64,000 nt of DNA from Candidatus Sulfomarinibacteraceae bacterium (GCA_963796455.1 CAWCLO010000002.1:160001-224000), one strand, 5' to 3'; positions 41,007 to 51,116 are shown, counted from the stretch's first letter. The notes: generated from the sequence alone by a model not told the origin. Numbers and translations are program-made.

Positions 41007-41050
41007 TTGTCCTCAAATACCTCCCATGATAATGTTTAGTGTGCGATGCT
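41007..41050 (+). promoter_or_regulatory. Sigma-70 promoter of ablAB overlapped by an EctR-box-like site
   Basis: TTGTCC-N17-(TGn)TAATGT, then TGTTTAGT-GT-GCGATGCT; core conserved in the second copy at 63718-63741. Confidence 0.6.
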
Positions 41051-41141
41051 TTATTGGCACTCGTTAGAGATTTTCCCTCACCCCCCACCCCGCTTTGCCG
41101 ACTGTGCCTAGCGCTGCTGGGCGGTCGAAAGGAACAACCCG

Positions 41142-42491
41142 ATGTCAAATCCAAATACAGATATTGCCACCAATGTGGCCGATGAACAGCCCTGGTACAA
41201 AGAACGCTCGATCTGGCGCGACGTGCCGATGGCTCAGTGGAATGACTGGCATTGGCAGATGCGTCACCGTGTTTCCACGGCCGAAGAGCTGGCACGCGTC
41301 ATCCCCATGACGCCGGGTGAGCAGCGCACGATCGAGCGTGCGCTCGACCGATTCCGCTTTGCTGTGCCTCCGTACTACGCCTCCCTGATTGACCCGGACG
41401 ACCCTGAGTGCCCGATTCGTCTGCAGTCCGTTCCCGGTGAAGGCGAGCTGACCATCAGGGATTTTGAAATCGTCGATCCTCTCAACGAGGAAGGAGACTC
41501 GGTGGTGCCGGGAATGACCCACCGATACCCGGATCGTGTGTTGTGGGTGATCATGCACGAATGCGGCATGCTGTGCCGCCATTGCACCAGAAAGCGCAAG
41601 GTCGGGGACCGTCCGGCACCGATCAGCGAAGACCAGTTGGATGCCGGGATCGCTTATCTGAAAGCCAACCCCGAGATCCGTGACGTGCTGCTCTCAGGCG
41701 GTGACCCGCTCCTCCTGTCCGATGACCGCATCGAGCATGTGTTGAAACGCCTCCGCGATGAGGTGCCGTCAGTGAAGATCATCCGCTTCGGCTCGCGCTT
41801 GCCGGTCACCATGCCGCAGCGGATCACACCTGAGCTGGTCGAGATGCTGAGTCGCTACCATCCGATCTTCGTCAACACACATTTCAACGTACCCAAAGAG
41901 TTCACTCCAGAGTCCGAGAATGCGTTGCGAATGATGGCCGATGTCGGGATTCCACTCGGCAATCAGAGCGTGCTGCTGCGCGGAGTCAACGACTGTTGGG
42001 CGTTGATGCGCAAGCTGATGCATGAGCTGACAGCCAACCGGGTGCGCCCCTATTACCTTTACCAGTGCGATCTGGCCGAGGGCCTCGATCATTTCCGTAC
42101 GACCGTGGCCAAGGGCATCGAAATCATGGAGCACCTGCGTGGTCACATATCGGGTCTCGCTGTGCCGACGTTCGTGGTTGACGCACCCGGAGGAGGCGGC
42201 AAGATTCCGGTGCATCCCAACTATGTGGTGTCGCAGCACGAAAACAAGGTTGTCCTGCGCAATTTCGAGGGTCGGATCGTTGCCTACGAGGAGCCCAGGG
42301 AGTACACCGGCATGTGCAACGAGGGGCGTCCGTGCTCCTATTGCAGGGACATCTACCGAGCAGGCGAAGAATCCGTCGGTGTTGCCGGTCTTTTCGACGA
42401 CGATCCCGACAATATTGTGCTCGTTCCGACCGAATCTGCGGCCGAAGAAGAGGAGGCGGAGAAGGGCGCGTCTGCCCGGAGGTCCGCGTGA
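41142..42491 (+). CDS. ablA: Lysine 2,3-aminomutase (radical SAM/PLP)
   Basis: THRYPDRVL, CGMLCRHCTRKR, LLSGGDPL, NQSVLLRGVND, DAPGGGGK (PLP Lys), C-terminal Zn Cys cluster. Confidence 0.93.
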   Translation: MSNPNTDIATNVADEQPWYKERSIWRDVPMAQWNDWHWQMRHRVSTAEELARVIPMTPGEQRTIERALDRFRFAVPPYYASLIDPDDPECPIRLQSVPGEGELTIRDFEIVDPLNEEGDSVVPGMTHRYPDRVLWVIMHECGMLCRHCTRKRKVGDRPAPISEDQLDAGIAYLKANPEIRDVLLSGGDPLLLSDDRIEHVLKRLRDEVPSVKIIRFGSRLPVTMPQRITPELVEMLSRYHPIFVNTHFNVPKEFTPESENALRMMADVGIPLGNQSVLLRGVNDCWALMRKLMHELTANRVRPYYLYQCDLAEGLDHFRTTVAKGIEIMEHLRGHISGLAVPTFVVDAPGGGGKIPVHPNYVVSQHENKVVLRNFEGRIVAYEEPREYTGMCNEGRPCSYCRDIYRAGEESVGVAGLFDDDPDNIVLVPTESAAEEEEAEKGASARRSA

Positions 42492-43378
42492 GCCATGCAG
42501 AGACGGTCTCAGCAGCAGAGGCCAACACCCTGGCGAGGATTGAAGGGGAGGGCTTCGCAGCAAAGGTCTTCCTCAGTCCGCTCAATCAGAGAATCCAGGT
42601 ATTGAGCTACGAGGCGCACAATGTGCGGCCCCTGGTTTCGGATTTCGAAGACATCGCGCGTCAGGCCGGCTTCGGCAAGATTTTTCTCAAAGCGCCAGTG
42701 AAGGACAAAGCGCGTTTCCAGGAGGCCGGGATGTGCGCAGAGGCGACGATCGACGGCTACTTCAACGGCCGGCCGGCCGTTGTCATGTCGCTTTTTCTCA
42801 ACGAGAAACGTCGTCAGCGGCCGCATGCGGAGGATCAGGATGCGATCATGGCGAAGATCCGCGAACGTCCGGTGAACTCCTCGGTTCCGGCGTTGCCCGA
42901 AGGCTATGAGATGTTCCCGAGTGGGCTGCAAGATGCCCAGGAGATTGCCCTGCTCTACGCTGAGGTCTTTGCCAGCTATCCGTTTCCGATCACCGATCCC
43001 GATTACATCACCTCGACGATGAAATCAAACGTGCTGTACCGCATTGTTCGTGACTCGAAGGGGACCCTCGTCGGTGCCGCGTCGGCAGAAACCAGCCCCG
43101 AACTCCACAACGCAGAAATGACCGACTTCGCGACGCTGCCCAGCCAGCGTGGTCTCGGCCTTGCTCAGCACATTCTGGCGGCACTCGAGAAGGATATGGC
43201 TGAGCGCGACATTTCGAATCTTTACACGATCGCTCGGGCTCGGTCGGCCGGCATGAACCGCGTCTTCTACAACCGTGACTATGAACTGACCGGAACTCTC
43301 GTCAATAACTGCCACATCGCCGGACAGTTCGAGGACATGCACATCTGGTGCAAGTCCCTGAGGACCGGCGACAACTGA
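42488..43378 (+). CDS. ablB: Beta-lysine N-epsilon-acetyltransferase (GNAT)
   Basis: GTGA overlap with ablA; VFASYPFPITDPDY, NAEMTDFATLP..RGLG, YTIARA, GTLVNNCHIAG. Confidence 0.92.
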   Translation: MSHAETVSAAEANTLARIEGEGFAAKVFLSPLNQRIQVLSYEAHNVRPLVSDFEDIARQAGFGKIFLKAPVKDKARFQEAGMCAEATIDGYFNGRPAVVMSLFLNEKRRQRPHAEDQDAIMAKIRERPVNSSVPALPEGYEMFPSGLQDAQEIALLYAEVFASYPFPITDPDYITSTMKSNVLYRIVRDSKGTLVGAASAETSPELHNAEMTDFATLPSQRGLGLAQHILAALEKDMAERDISNLYTIARARSAGMNRVFYNRDYELTGTLVNNCHIAGQFEDMHIWCKSLRTGDN

Positions 43379-43534
43379 TCGCGGTTTCGCCCGTTTCGTA
43401 CGTACAACCAGTACGAAAAAACGCGGCGCCGAAGGGTCGCGAATTGTGTACTGGTTGCGGGGGCCCGCACTCGAGATATATACGAGCATGCTGCGATGAG
43501 TCTCACGCTCTTGTGAGCCTTCCTTCAGCCCAGA

Positions 43535-43690
43535 CTAATTGCATGGATCTCCTTGAACAGCGATGACGGCTTTTCCTCGAGAATGTCCGTTCTCGAGGCA
43601 GTGAATTGCCGACGGCGCATCACAGAGCGCGAAGGTCCTATCGATGACGGGTTTGACCTTACCGTCTTCCAAAAGCTCCTTCAACGACCG
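43535..43690 (-). pseudogene. C-terminal remnant of a zinc-type alcohol dehydrogenase / quinone oxidoreductase
   Basis: Manual translation: LKELLEDGKVKPVIDRTFALCDAPSAIHCLENGHSRGKAVIAV. Confidence 0.7.
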
Positions 43691-43699
43691 CAGGTCTGA

Positions 43700-43830
43700 C
43701 CTCCGGTGCTCCGATGAACGCGAACCTTTACACCTGTTCCCGTGAGAGCTGCTCGAGGTTTACGACCTCGAGGATCGGTACGCCTTGGCGCGCGAGCAGG
43801 TAGGTGTGAACAGGGACGTAGTTGTCCTTG
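43700..43830 (-). pseudogene. Remnant of a cyclase (kynurenine formamidase-like) C-terminus with an in-frame stop
   Basis: PVHTYLLARQGVPILEVVNLEQLSREQV*RFAFIGAP. Confidence 0.6.
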
Positions 43831-44095
43831 ACCTCGGCCTCTCCCTCCCGCGGGTTCGACACGGCCAGATAGGGGAGGACCAGTCCGATCGGCGCATCCA
43901 GATCGAGACGATCCTGGGTGACCATTCGCCTCGGACGGTTCTTTGACGGTGCGGCGGCGCTCATTCGGATCCTCCCGATGGAGCCGCGCCGGTCCCAGGG
44001 CGCAAGTCTCCTTTTTCGTCGGCCCCACGGTACCGGCGAAAGAATGGTTTGTTCGCATCGTTTGGCCGGAGCCGCCGACGCGGTATGCTCGAACG

Positions 44096-46075
44096 ATGTA
44101 CGAGCAGATCTCCCACGCCATCCTCAACGACATTCTCGACGACCTCGGACCGGATCTGAACCGAGAGGATCTCCGCCACTTCTTCGTCCGCCTCGGCGCC
44201 AACTTCTACGCGATCCACTCGCTCTTCAGCCACCTGTACGGCAGCCGCGACGATGTGGTCGATCAGCTCCGGACTCTGGTCGAAAAGCTCGCGCGGGCCT
44301 ACGTCGGACGTCCGGACGAACTTCGACGGATCGACATGGCTCGTGAGGAGGAGCACAACTGGTTCCTGAGCCAGAACATCGTCGCCATGGCGCTCTACTG
44401 CGAGGGTTTTGCCGGCGACCTGGAGGGGCTGGAGTCGCGGCTCGAGTACCTCGCCGAGCTCGGGGTCAACATGGTCCACGTCCTGCCCGATCCTTGCCGG
44501 TCCGGAAGGCGCCAGGGACGGCGGCTACGCGGTCAGCGACTTCCGTCGCATCGATCCCAGGGTCGGTACCGCCAAGGACCTCACCCGGCTTGCCCGGACG
44601 ATGCGCGAGAGGGGCATGCTGCTCGCCCTCGACGTCGTGGTCAACCACACCTCGGACGAGCACGAGTGGGCCCGCCGGGCGCGAGCCGGCGAGGAGGAGT
44701 TCGAGGACTTCTACTTCCTCTTCGACGACCGCGAGGTGCCGGACGCCTTCGAGCGGACCATGCCCGAGATCTTCCCCGAGAACGCGCCGGGCAACTTCAC
44801 CTTCGACGACGACGTCGGGCAAGTGGGCGATGACGGTCTTCAACACCTACCAGTGGGATCTGAACTACACCAACCCACGGGTCCTCATCGAGATGGTCGA
44901 CGTCATTCTCCACTGGGCCAATCACGGCGCCGATGTGATCCGCCTCGATGCGGTGGCCTTTTTGTGGAAACAGCTCGGAACCACCTGTCAAAACCTGCGG
45001 GAGGCGCACCTCATCCTTCAGTTGATGAAGGACTGCTGTCAGGTGGTGGCGCCGGGGGTGCTGTTCATCGCCGAGGCCATCGTCGCACCGGTGGAGATCG
45101 CTCGCTACTTCGGCGAGGACGCGGTCATCGCCAAGGAGTGCGAAATCGCCTACAACGCCACCCTGATGGCGCTGCTCTGGGACGGCGTCGCGACGGGCAA
45201 CGCGAAGCTTCTGAAGCGGGGCGTGCTCAGCCTGCCGAACAAGCTCGATCGCGCCACCTGGCTCAACTACGTTCGTTGCCACGATGACATCGGTCTCGGA
45301 TTCGAAGACGCGGACATTGCCGCCGCCGGCTACGATCCGGCTGCCCACCGGCGTTTTCTCTTCGACTGGTTCACGGGCCGATTCGAAGGGTCTGTCTCCC
45401 GCGGCGAACTTTTTGCGGTCAACACGCGAACCGGGGACGCCCGAATCTCGGGATCGCTGGCCTCCCTCGCCGGTCTCGAGGCGGCGCTCGAGAGCGGTGA
45501 TCCCGAGGCGGTGGATCTCGCCGATCGACCGCATCGTCATGCTGCACGCGATGATCATGTCGTATGGCGGCATTCCGATGCTGTACTACGGCGACGAGGT
45601 CGCGACCCTCAACAACCGGGACTACCTCGACGACCCGGAGCGCGCCGACGATTCGCGTTGGCTGCACCGGCCGGTCATCGATTGGCGGCGCATGGAACGC
45701 CGGTTCGATCGCGGCACCATCGAGCAGCGGGTCTTCTCGGCCCTGAGGAGGATGATCGAGATCCGCAAGACGATTCCGGCCTTCGCGGACTTCAACAACC
45801 GGGAGTTGATCGAAATCGACGATCCCTCCCTCTTCGCCTTCCTGCGCACCCCGCCGGACCTGAGCGGCGAGCCGGTGCTCGTGGTGGCGAACTTCGGGCT
45901 GGCGCCGACGACCCTCGCTCCCCATGAGATCGGTGGCCGCGGGATCTTCCGCTACGGAACCGTGGTCGACCTGCACTCGGGCGACGTCATCGAGCTCGAA
46001 CGGGAGCTGGTCGTCGTGCCGCGATGCGGCTTCCGCTGGCTGACGGATGGTCGGCCGAGAGCCGGGCGAGGCTAG
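44096..46075 (+). CDS. Amylosucrase / sucrose hydrolase (GH13), split by about 3 frameshifts
   Basis: [66 protein letters not shown] across three frames; shifts near 44490, 44820 and 45520. Confidence 0.88.
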
Positions 46076-46230
46076 GCCTAGGAGCATGGATCTTGGAAGC
46101 GTGACGGAGCGTCATTCGAGTTCGCCCTGATCTACGGCCGCGTATTCGACAGCAACCTGATCGTCGTGCCGCGATGCGGCTTCCGCTGGCTGACGGACGG
46201 TCGGCCGAGAGCCGGGCGAGGTTCGGCCTA
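46011..46230 (+). repeat. 70-bp direct repeat (46011-46080 and 46161-46230)
   Basis: tcgtcgtgccgcgatgcggcttccgctggctgacgga.ggtcggccgagagccgggcgagg.t.ggccta; 3 mismatches, 150-bp offset. Confidence 0.92.
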
Positions 46231-46321
46231 ACCCGAGGAATTCGCCAGGTTTCGCCGCGAGGTCGGAAACCGACTGCTCGATGGTATCGTCGCGGACCTT
46301 GCGCACCCTCGTTGGTGATCG

Positions 46322-48845
46322 CTATGGGCAACGTGACGGGCCCCAGCTATAGCCACACCGCAGGCCGGGCATGGTGACCACCGGGTGCCCCTGGTCCTCA
46401 CGCACCTCATCGGGCCAGCTGAAATCGGCGTCCATGGTGCGGAAGTAGTCGAGGGTGTAGGGCCACAGGGTGATCTCTGCTGTGCCTCTGCCGGGGCCGC
46501 GACGAATGCGGCAGCCGGGCCCGAAGTCGACCTCGCCCAGCTCTGTCGAGATGATCAGGCGCGGCAGCTCGCGGCCGCTGCCGTTGCGCCGCAGCTCGGT
46601 CGCAATGCCGATGATCGTGTCGAGGTCCACAGGGCGACCGCTGTTCCAGTGCCGTTGGGTCTGCGCGCCGGCGACATAGAGGTGGTGGAATTCGAAGCCG
46701 AAGCGACGACACTTGGACGACAGTGCGCGCATGGCAGCCGCGCTGTCGTTAACGTTGTGCAGCAGGCAGCTGTTGAGATAGACCGTGACGCCGTGCTGGT
46801 GGAAAGCCTCGACCACGCGGCGGTGGGAGTCGTCGAGTTGATCGGCGCTCAACACCAAGGTCTCGAGCTCGAAACGCACGGGATCGGCCACCTCGAGGCT
46901 CTGCAGAGCCGCGTAACGCTCGACGACCGAGGCGTCGTAGAGCAGCGGCTCGTCGTGAAAGACGCGGCTGCGCATACGGAACGACCGCACGCCGGTGTCG
47001 GCGCGCAGGGCGTACACGATGCGTTCGATCTCGTCCTGGGAGTCGGGGAGGTCGGTCTGAGTGCGCAACACGACGTCGGTGATCTCCGGCCGATTCGCCA
47101 CATAGTCGACGATCTGCCGGAGCTCGCGATCATCGCAATCCGCGCGAAGCTCGACACGGGTCAGGTGCACCCGACAGAGTTTGTCGATGCCGCAGGGGAC
47201 GACCTCCGGTCCGATGTCGGGCAGATAACTGTAGAGCCTTGCGATCTGTTCCTCGTCGAAGGGCAGGTCGTCCTCGTCGTCCACCTCGTCGACACCCGGA
47301 AGCTCGACCCTGGGAGAGACGAAGAGCGCGTCGTCTCCGATATCGGCCATGAAGCGCGCCTCGAGCATCCCGTCCTCATTCTCGCGTACGCCCTCGATCT
47401 CCGCTGCGGCCGCCACGAATTGGGAGAAGTACTCCGCGGTGTAGGGTGTCCGGATCCACACAAACGCCGGATCATCGACGTCACGCTCCACCGCCCAGCC
47501 GCTGGTCAGCCAGTCGATCTTGCCGATCTTGGTGGCCGTGGTCAGGTGGGGGATCGCCCGGTCCGAGAGCTGGGCCCGCAGGAAGTTGCCGGCCCGCAAC
47601 GCCGTCGCGATCGGGCTCCAAAAGCGCCGGTTGCCTTTGATGGCACTGCAGGGGAAGAAGATGTAGTGCATCTCCGCACCGCGCAGTCGCAGCTCGCGGT
47701 AGAGGCGGACCAGGACCTCGCCGTCGTCGTTGCAACCGGCGAGGAATGGAGTCTGGATGTAGACTGGAATGCCGTTGCGCGCCAGCTCGGCAATCACCTC
47801 GAGCGAGGCGACGGATGCCTCGTCGGGATGAATGAAGTGCCCGGCCACCTCGAGATGTTTGCCGACAATGGCCAGATCATCGCGCGCCTTGATCAAGAAG
47901 CGAACCCAGAAATCGCCGCGTCGACGCAGCATCTGCGGATGGTAAGAGATGGTGCGCGCCGCCAGACGTACGGTCTCGACGTGGGGGATGTCGCGCGAGC
48001 CCGTAGATGGACTGTTCGACGGTCTTGCGGTTCATCAGCGGCTCGCCGCCCGTGAGCACGACCTCCCGGATGCGGTCGTTACCCGAGATGTAATCCAGCG
48101 CCGCGTCCACATCTGCCACGGTCGGCGGCGCCTGTTCGCGGGTTTCCTTGTGTTTGCGGAAGCAGAAGCGGCAGTACACCGGGCAGCTCATGTGCAGCAC
48201 CAGGATCACCCGGTTTTCGTACATTTGCTCGACCACGCCCTGATGGAACTGACCGATCCATGTGTGGACCTGGCCCTCCGGTGAAAGCTCGTCGGTGAAC
48301 GGCAGGTACTGGTACCCGATGTTTTCGGACAGCCTGATCTGGCGCAGGGTGTGGTGCGAGAGCCGCACCGGATACTCGTGCAGGACGCGACGGAGGCTGC
48401 CCCGTTCGCCCTCGGGCACCGTGAAGTTGCACAGCGCCTCGTAGTGCTCGAGTTCGCCGATATTCACGAAACCGCTCCCCGGCAGCATCTCCTCCAGGAA
48501 GGTCAGCAGCAGCTCCTGGGGCAGGTCGATGCCTCCCAGGTTCACCCGAGCCACCGCCTGCGGCGATGCATGGTTCAACGCGTCGAGAATCTCGTGGATG
48601 AACGCTTCGACCCAGTCCTCGTAGCCGCATGCCGCGATCAGCCGCTGCAGGCGCTCGTCGCCGTCGCCTTCACCCAGCACGGCGGCGAGCTTCTGCCCGA
48701 CCACGGCGGGTTCGCCGTACCGATCCAGGAATTCAACCAGCCGATCCTCGAGGAGGCCGATATCGATCTCGCCCTGCGACAGGGGTGTGCCCTGCTCGCC
48801 CGTCCAGATGCCCGTTTCGGAACGCACGCTCTCACTCACTTTCAA
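46322..48845 (-). CDS. Long KamA-family radical SAM protein with a tandem degenerate second domain (one frameshift near 47992)
   Basis: QMYENRV, CPVYCRFCFRK, VLTGGEPL, then in the other frame IPHVETVRL, HFIHPDE, QTPFLAGCND; second unit has NRPEITDVVL and NSCLLHNVND. Confidence 0.85.
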
Positions 48846-49003
48846 TCCCGCCCTTCACGTCGTGCCTCAAGAGTAGGACGCCGGCCCGAGCATCGCAAGC
48901 GAGCCGGCTTCATGATTCCTGCAACCCAGGTCTTCCGCAACAGATGCATCCCGAGCGTGTTGAACGGGCGGTGACCCGGCGTGACCAATCACGAGACTGG
49001 TCA

Positions 49004-49747
49004 CTACATCTTGAATTCAACGAGGACGGCGCGAACGGGTTCGGCGCCGGCGGTCAGCACCGGTCGAGATTCCTCGCTCAGCCAGAGAACCCGGTCCGCC
49101 TCTGCTCGAATTCGGAACTGATCGTTGTCCGTATCGACAACTCGGAACTCGGCCGGGGTCAAGGTATAGACGACGCAGGGGCGGTCGAGCTCGAGGGGAG
49201 CTGCGCTGTCGGCCGGGACCGAAACCTCCGAGATCGCGAACCGCTGGTCCGCCGCCAGGATTTTCACACCATCAGAGGTGGATTTTGGGTATGGCTCATC
49301 CATTGCCGGCTCGGATGACGGAGGGAGGGGGGTCTCACTTCGCGTAACCACCAGTAACTCGACGGGCTCCGGACCAGGATTGCGGATCGCGTATCTCGAG
49401 GCGTCCCAGATGTCCGCCTCGCCGACCGAGTAGCTTGCGATAGCGGGGACTCCTTCATGGCTGAAAGAGAGGTCACCCTCTCGCAGCGCGAAGACGACGC
49501 GGGCTCCGGCCGTGTGTGCAGGGATTGACTCCCCCGGCGACAGCTCGAGTCTCAAAACGTTTGCGTGTTGGTTCTCGAAAAGGGTCACGACATTGCCTGG
49601 TGCGATTCGGTCGAGTCCCGGAGGCGTCGGAGCCTCGTTCATCAGCTTCCCGATCTGAGCTGCGAGCCCTGCGTCGGGTTCATGGCTGTCGCATCCGAAC
49701 CCGAGGGCTGCGATTACGATGACGAGCATGATTCGTGTGGTTGACAT
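49004..49747 (-). CDS. Lipoprotein with tandem cupin-like domains
   Basis: MSTTRIMLVIVIAALGFG|C lipobox; LFENQHANVLRLELSPGESIPAHT. Confidence 0.7.
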   Translation of the reverse strand: MSTTRIMLVIVIAALGFGCDSHEPDAGLAAQIGKLMNEAPTPPGLDRIAPGNVVTLFENQHANVLRLELSPGESIPAHTAGARVVFALREGDLSFSHEGVPAIASYSVGEADIWDASRYAIRNPGPEPVELLVVTRSETPLPPSSEPAMDEPYPKSTSDGVKILAADQRFAISEVSVPADSAAPLELDRPCVVYTLTPAEFRVVDTDNDQFRIRAEADRVLWLSEESRPVLTAGAEPVRAVLVEFKM

Positions 49748-49770
49748 GTGGTGCCCCTTCCATTGAGAGT

Positions 49771-50020
49771 TCAGTGCGTCAGAAGTTTGTTCCGCCCCGC
49801 GTAGTCGTCGTAGGAGGCCACGACCACAGTCGTGTTGTCCGATCCACCGGCTGTGTTGGCGGCGCCGATGAGCGCCTGGCACCGGGCATTTGCGAAGAAC
49901 TCGCGGTTGAGTACCTCGCGGATTCCCCAATCCGTGACCTGCCCGGTGAGCCCGTCGGAGCACAACAACAGACAGTCGCGGTCCTGAAGCTTCCAGCAGT
50001 CAACCTGCGGCTCGGCGTTC
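49771..50020 (-). pseudogene. C-terminal remnant of a PP2C/PrpC Ser/Thr phosphatase
   Basis: LQDRDCLLLCSDGLT...AANTAGGSDNTTVVV; the N-terminal half is absent. Confidence 0.75.
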
Positions 50021-50168
50021 AGACCCCAATACCGAGGTCGTCTTCGGCCTCGATCTCCGAAATGTCGAAGTCGTCGAGGACGAAGTCCGCCCCCATGCGT
50101 TCGACGAGCTTGGTGATGGTGACGACACCGATGATGGCGATGCCTGCGACGATCAGATGCTTCTTCAT
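50019..50168 (-). CDS. 49-aa small protein: hydrophobic N-terminal helix plus acidic tail
   Basis: MKKHLIVAGIAIIGVVTITKLVERMGADFVLDDFDISEIEAEDDLGIGV*; GAGG RBS and ATGA overlap with the NmrA stop; below the ORF-track cutoff. Confidence 0.6.
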   Translation of the reverse strand: MKKHLIVAGIAIIGVVTITKLVERMGADFVLDDFDISEIEAEDDLGIGV

Positions 50169-51100
50169 GATGATCCTCTCGGATGTTTTCTTCTCAGTTC
50201 GCGTTTCAGCCTGGGCGCCAACACAGCTTCACAAAAACTCCTGAAGCCGGTTTGGGTCGTGCTGTTGACCGATCTCGAGTACGCCGGCCGCAGATGACCG
50301 TTTTCGATACTGCGGAACATCTGGACCACCTCGTCGGCCACCTTCCCGCCGATGCCGAGCTGTGTCAGGGCTCGTTTCGTTTCTGAGGGTTCCGATCGAA
50401 CATGGCTGACCTCGGATCCGAGCGCATCTCCGATGGTACGAGCCGCCTCGCGAACTCCGAGATCGTGCGGGCCGTGAAGTGGTTTCGTTGAAATCCGCTC
50501 CGATGCGGGGAAAACGAGCTGACGCGTCGCCTCGATCGCGACGTCGATGGCGGCGACCGTCGGGATCTGCCGGTCGCCTGCCACCGGTAGGGGTATGGTC
50601 CCTTCCTCCATGATCGGCCGCGCAAAGAGAAAGTAGTTCTCCATCAACATGCCCGGCCGAAGATGAGTGACCGCGGTCATGCCGGTCTCTGCAGCGGCCT
50701 CGTCCAACCGCCCTTCCACGTCATGCAGCCCGTCGATGGGCCCCGTGTCGAAGCCGAGATGGGCGCCGAAACTGGAGAGATTCACGACGCGCGATATCCG
50801 GTTGGTCGTGATCGCGTTTGCCGCGTTGGCCCCGAGGCGATTCTGAAAAGCCCGGAGATCTTCACAATCAGGAGGGGTGGGCGTGGCCCAGAAGAGCGCG
50901 TCGGCGACACGGGTTGCCCGGGCCACGAAGACGTCATCCTCGAGATCACCTTCGTCTACGACGGCACCAAGTTCTTCAAAGTGCTTGACCTTGGTTCGGT
51001 CACGAGCAAGGAGCTTGACGTGGACACCCTCGACGTCAAGTAGGAGGGCGGCGACTTTGCCACCGACGGTGCCGGTCGGGGTGGTGACTGCAACGATCAT
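50165..51100 (-). CDS. NmrA-family NAD(P)-binding protein
   Basis: TPTGTVG Rossmann motif, VNLSSFGA, LRPGMLMEN. Confidence 0.88.
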   Translation of the reverse strand: MIVAVTTPTGTVGGKVAALLLDVEGVHVKLLARDRTKVKHFEELGAVVDEGDLEDDVFVARATRVADALFWATPTPPDCEDLRAFQNRLGANAANAITTNRISRVVNLSSFGAHLGFDTGPIDGLHDVEGRLDEAAAETGMTAVTHLRPGMLMENYFLFARPIMEEGTIPLPVAGDRQIPTVAAIDVAIEATRQLVFPASERISTKPLHGPHDLGVREAARTIGDALGSEVSHVRSEPSETKRALTQLGIGGKVADEVVQMFRSIENGHLRPAYSRSVNSTTQTGFRSFCEAVLAPRLKRELRRKHPRGSS

Positions 51101-51116
51101 TGATGGTCTCCTTTTG

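Noticed and set aside
41142..42491. EF-P beta-lysylation (epmB) or lysine fermentation (kamA)
   Set aside because: It is coupled to an AblB-type acetyltransferase, with no efp/epmA or kamDE nearby.
43402..43460. Integron attC site (59 nt, AAC...GTT)
   Set aside because: The ends deviate from RYYYAAC/GTTRRRY, there is no unpaired central spacer geometry, it is a single copy, and no integrase is present.
44096..46075. Programmed ribosomal frameshifting in the split genes
   Set aside because: Several shifts per gene across unrelated genes with no slippery-site pattern; sequencing error is more parsimonious.
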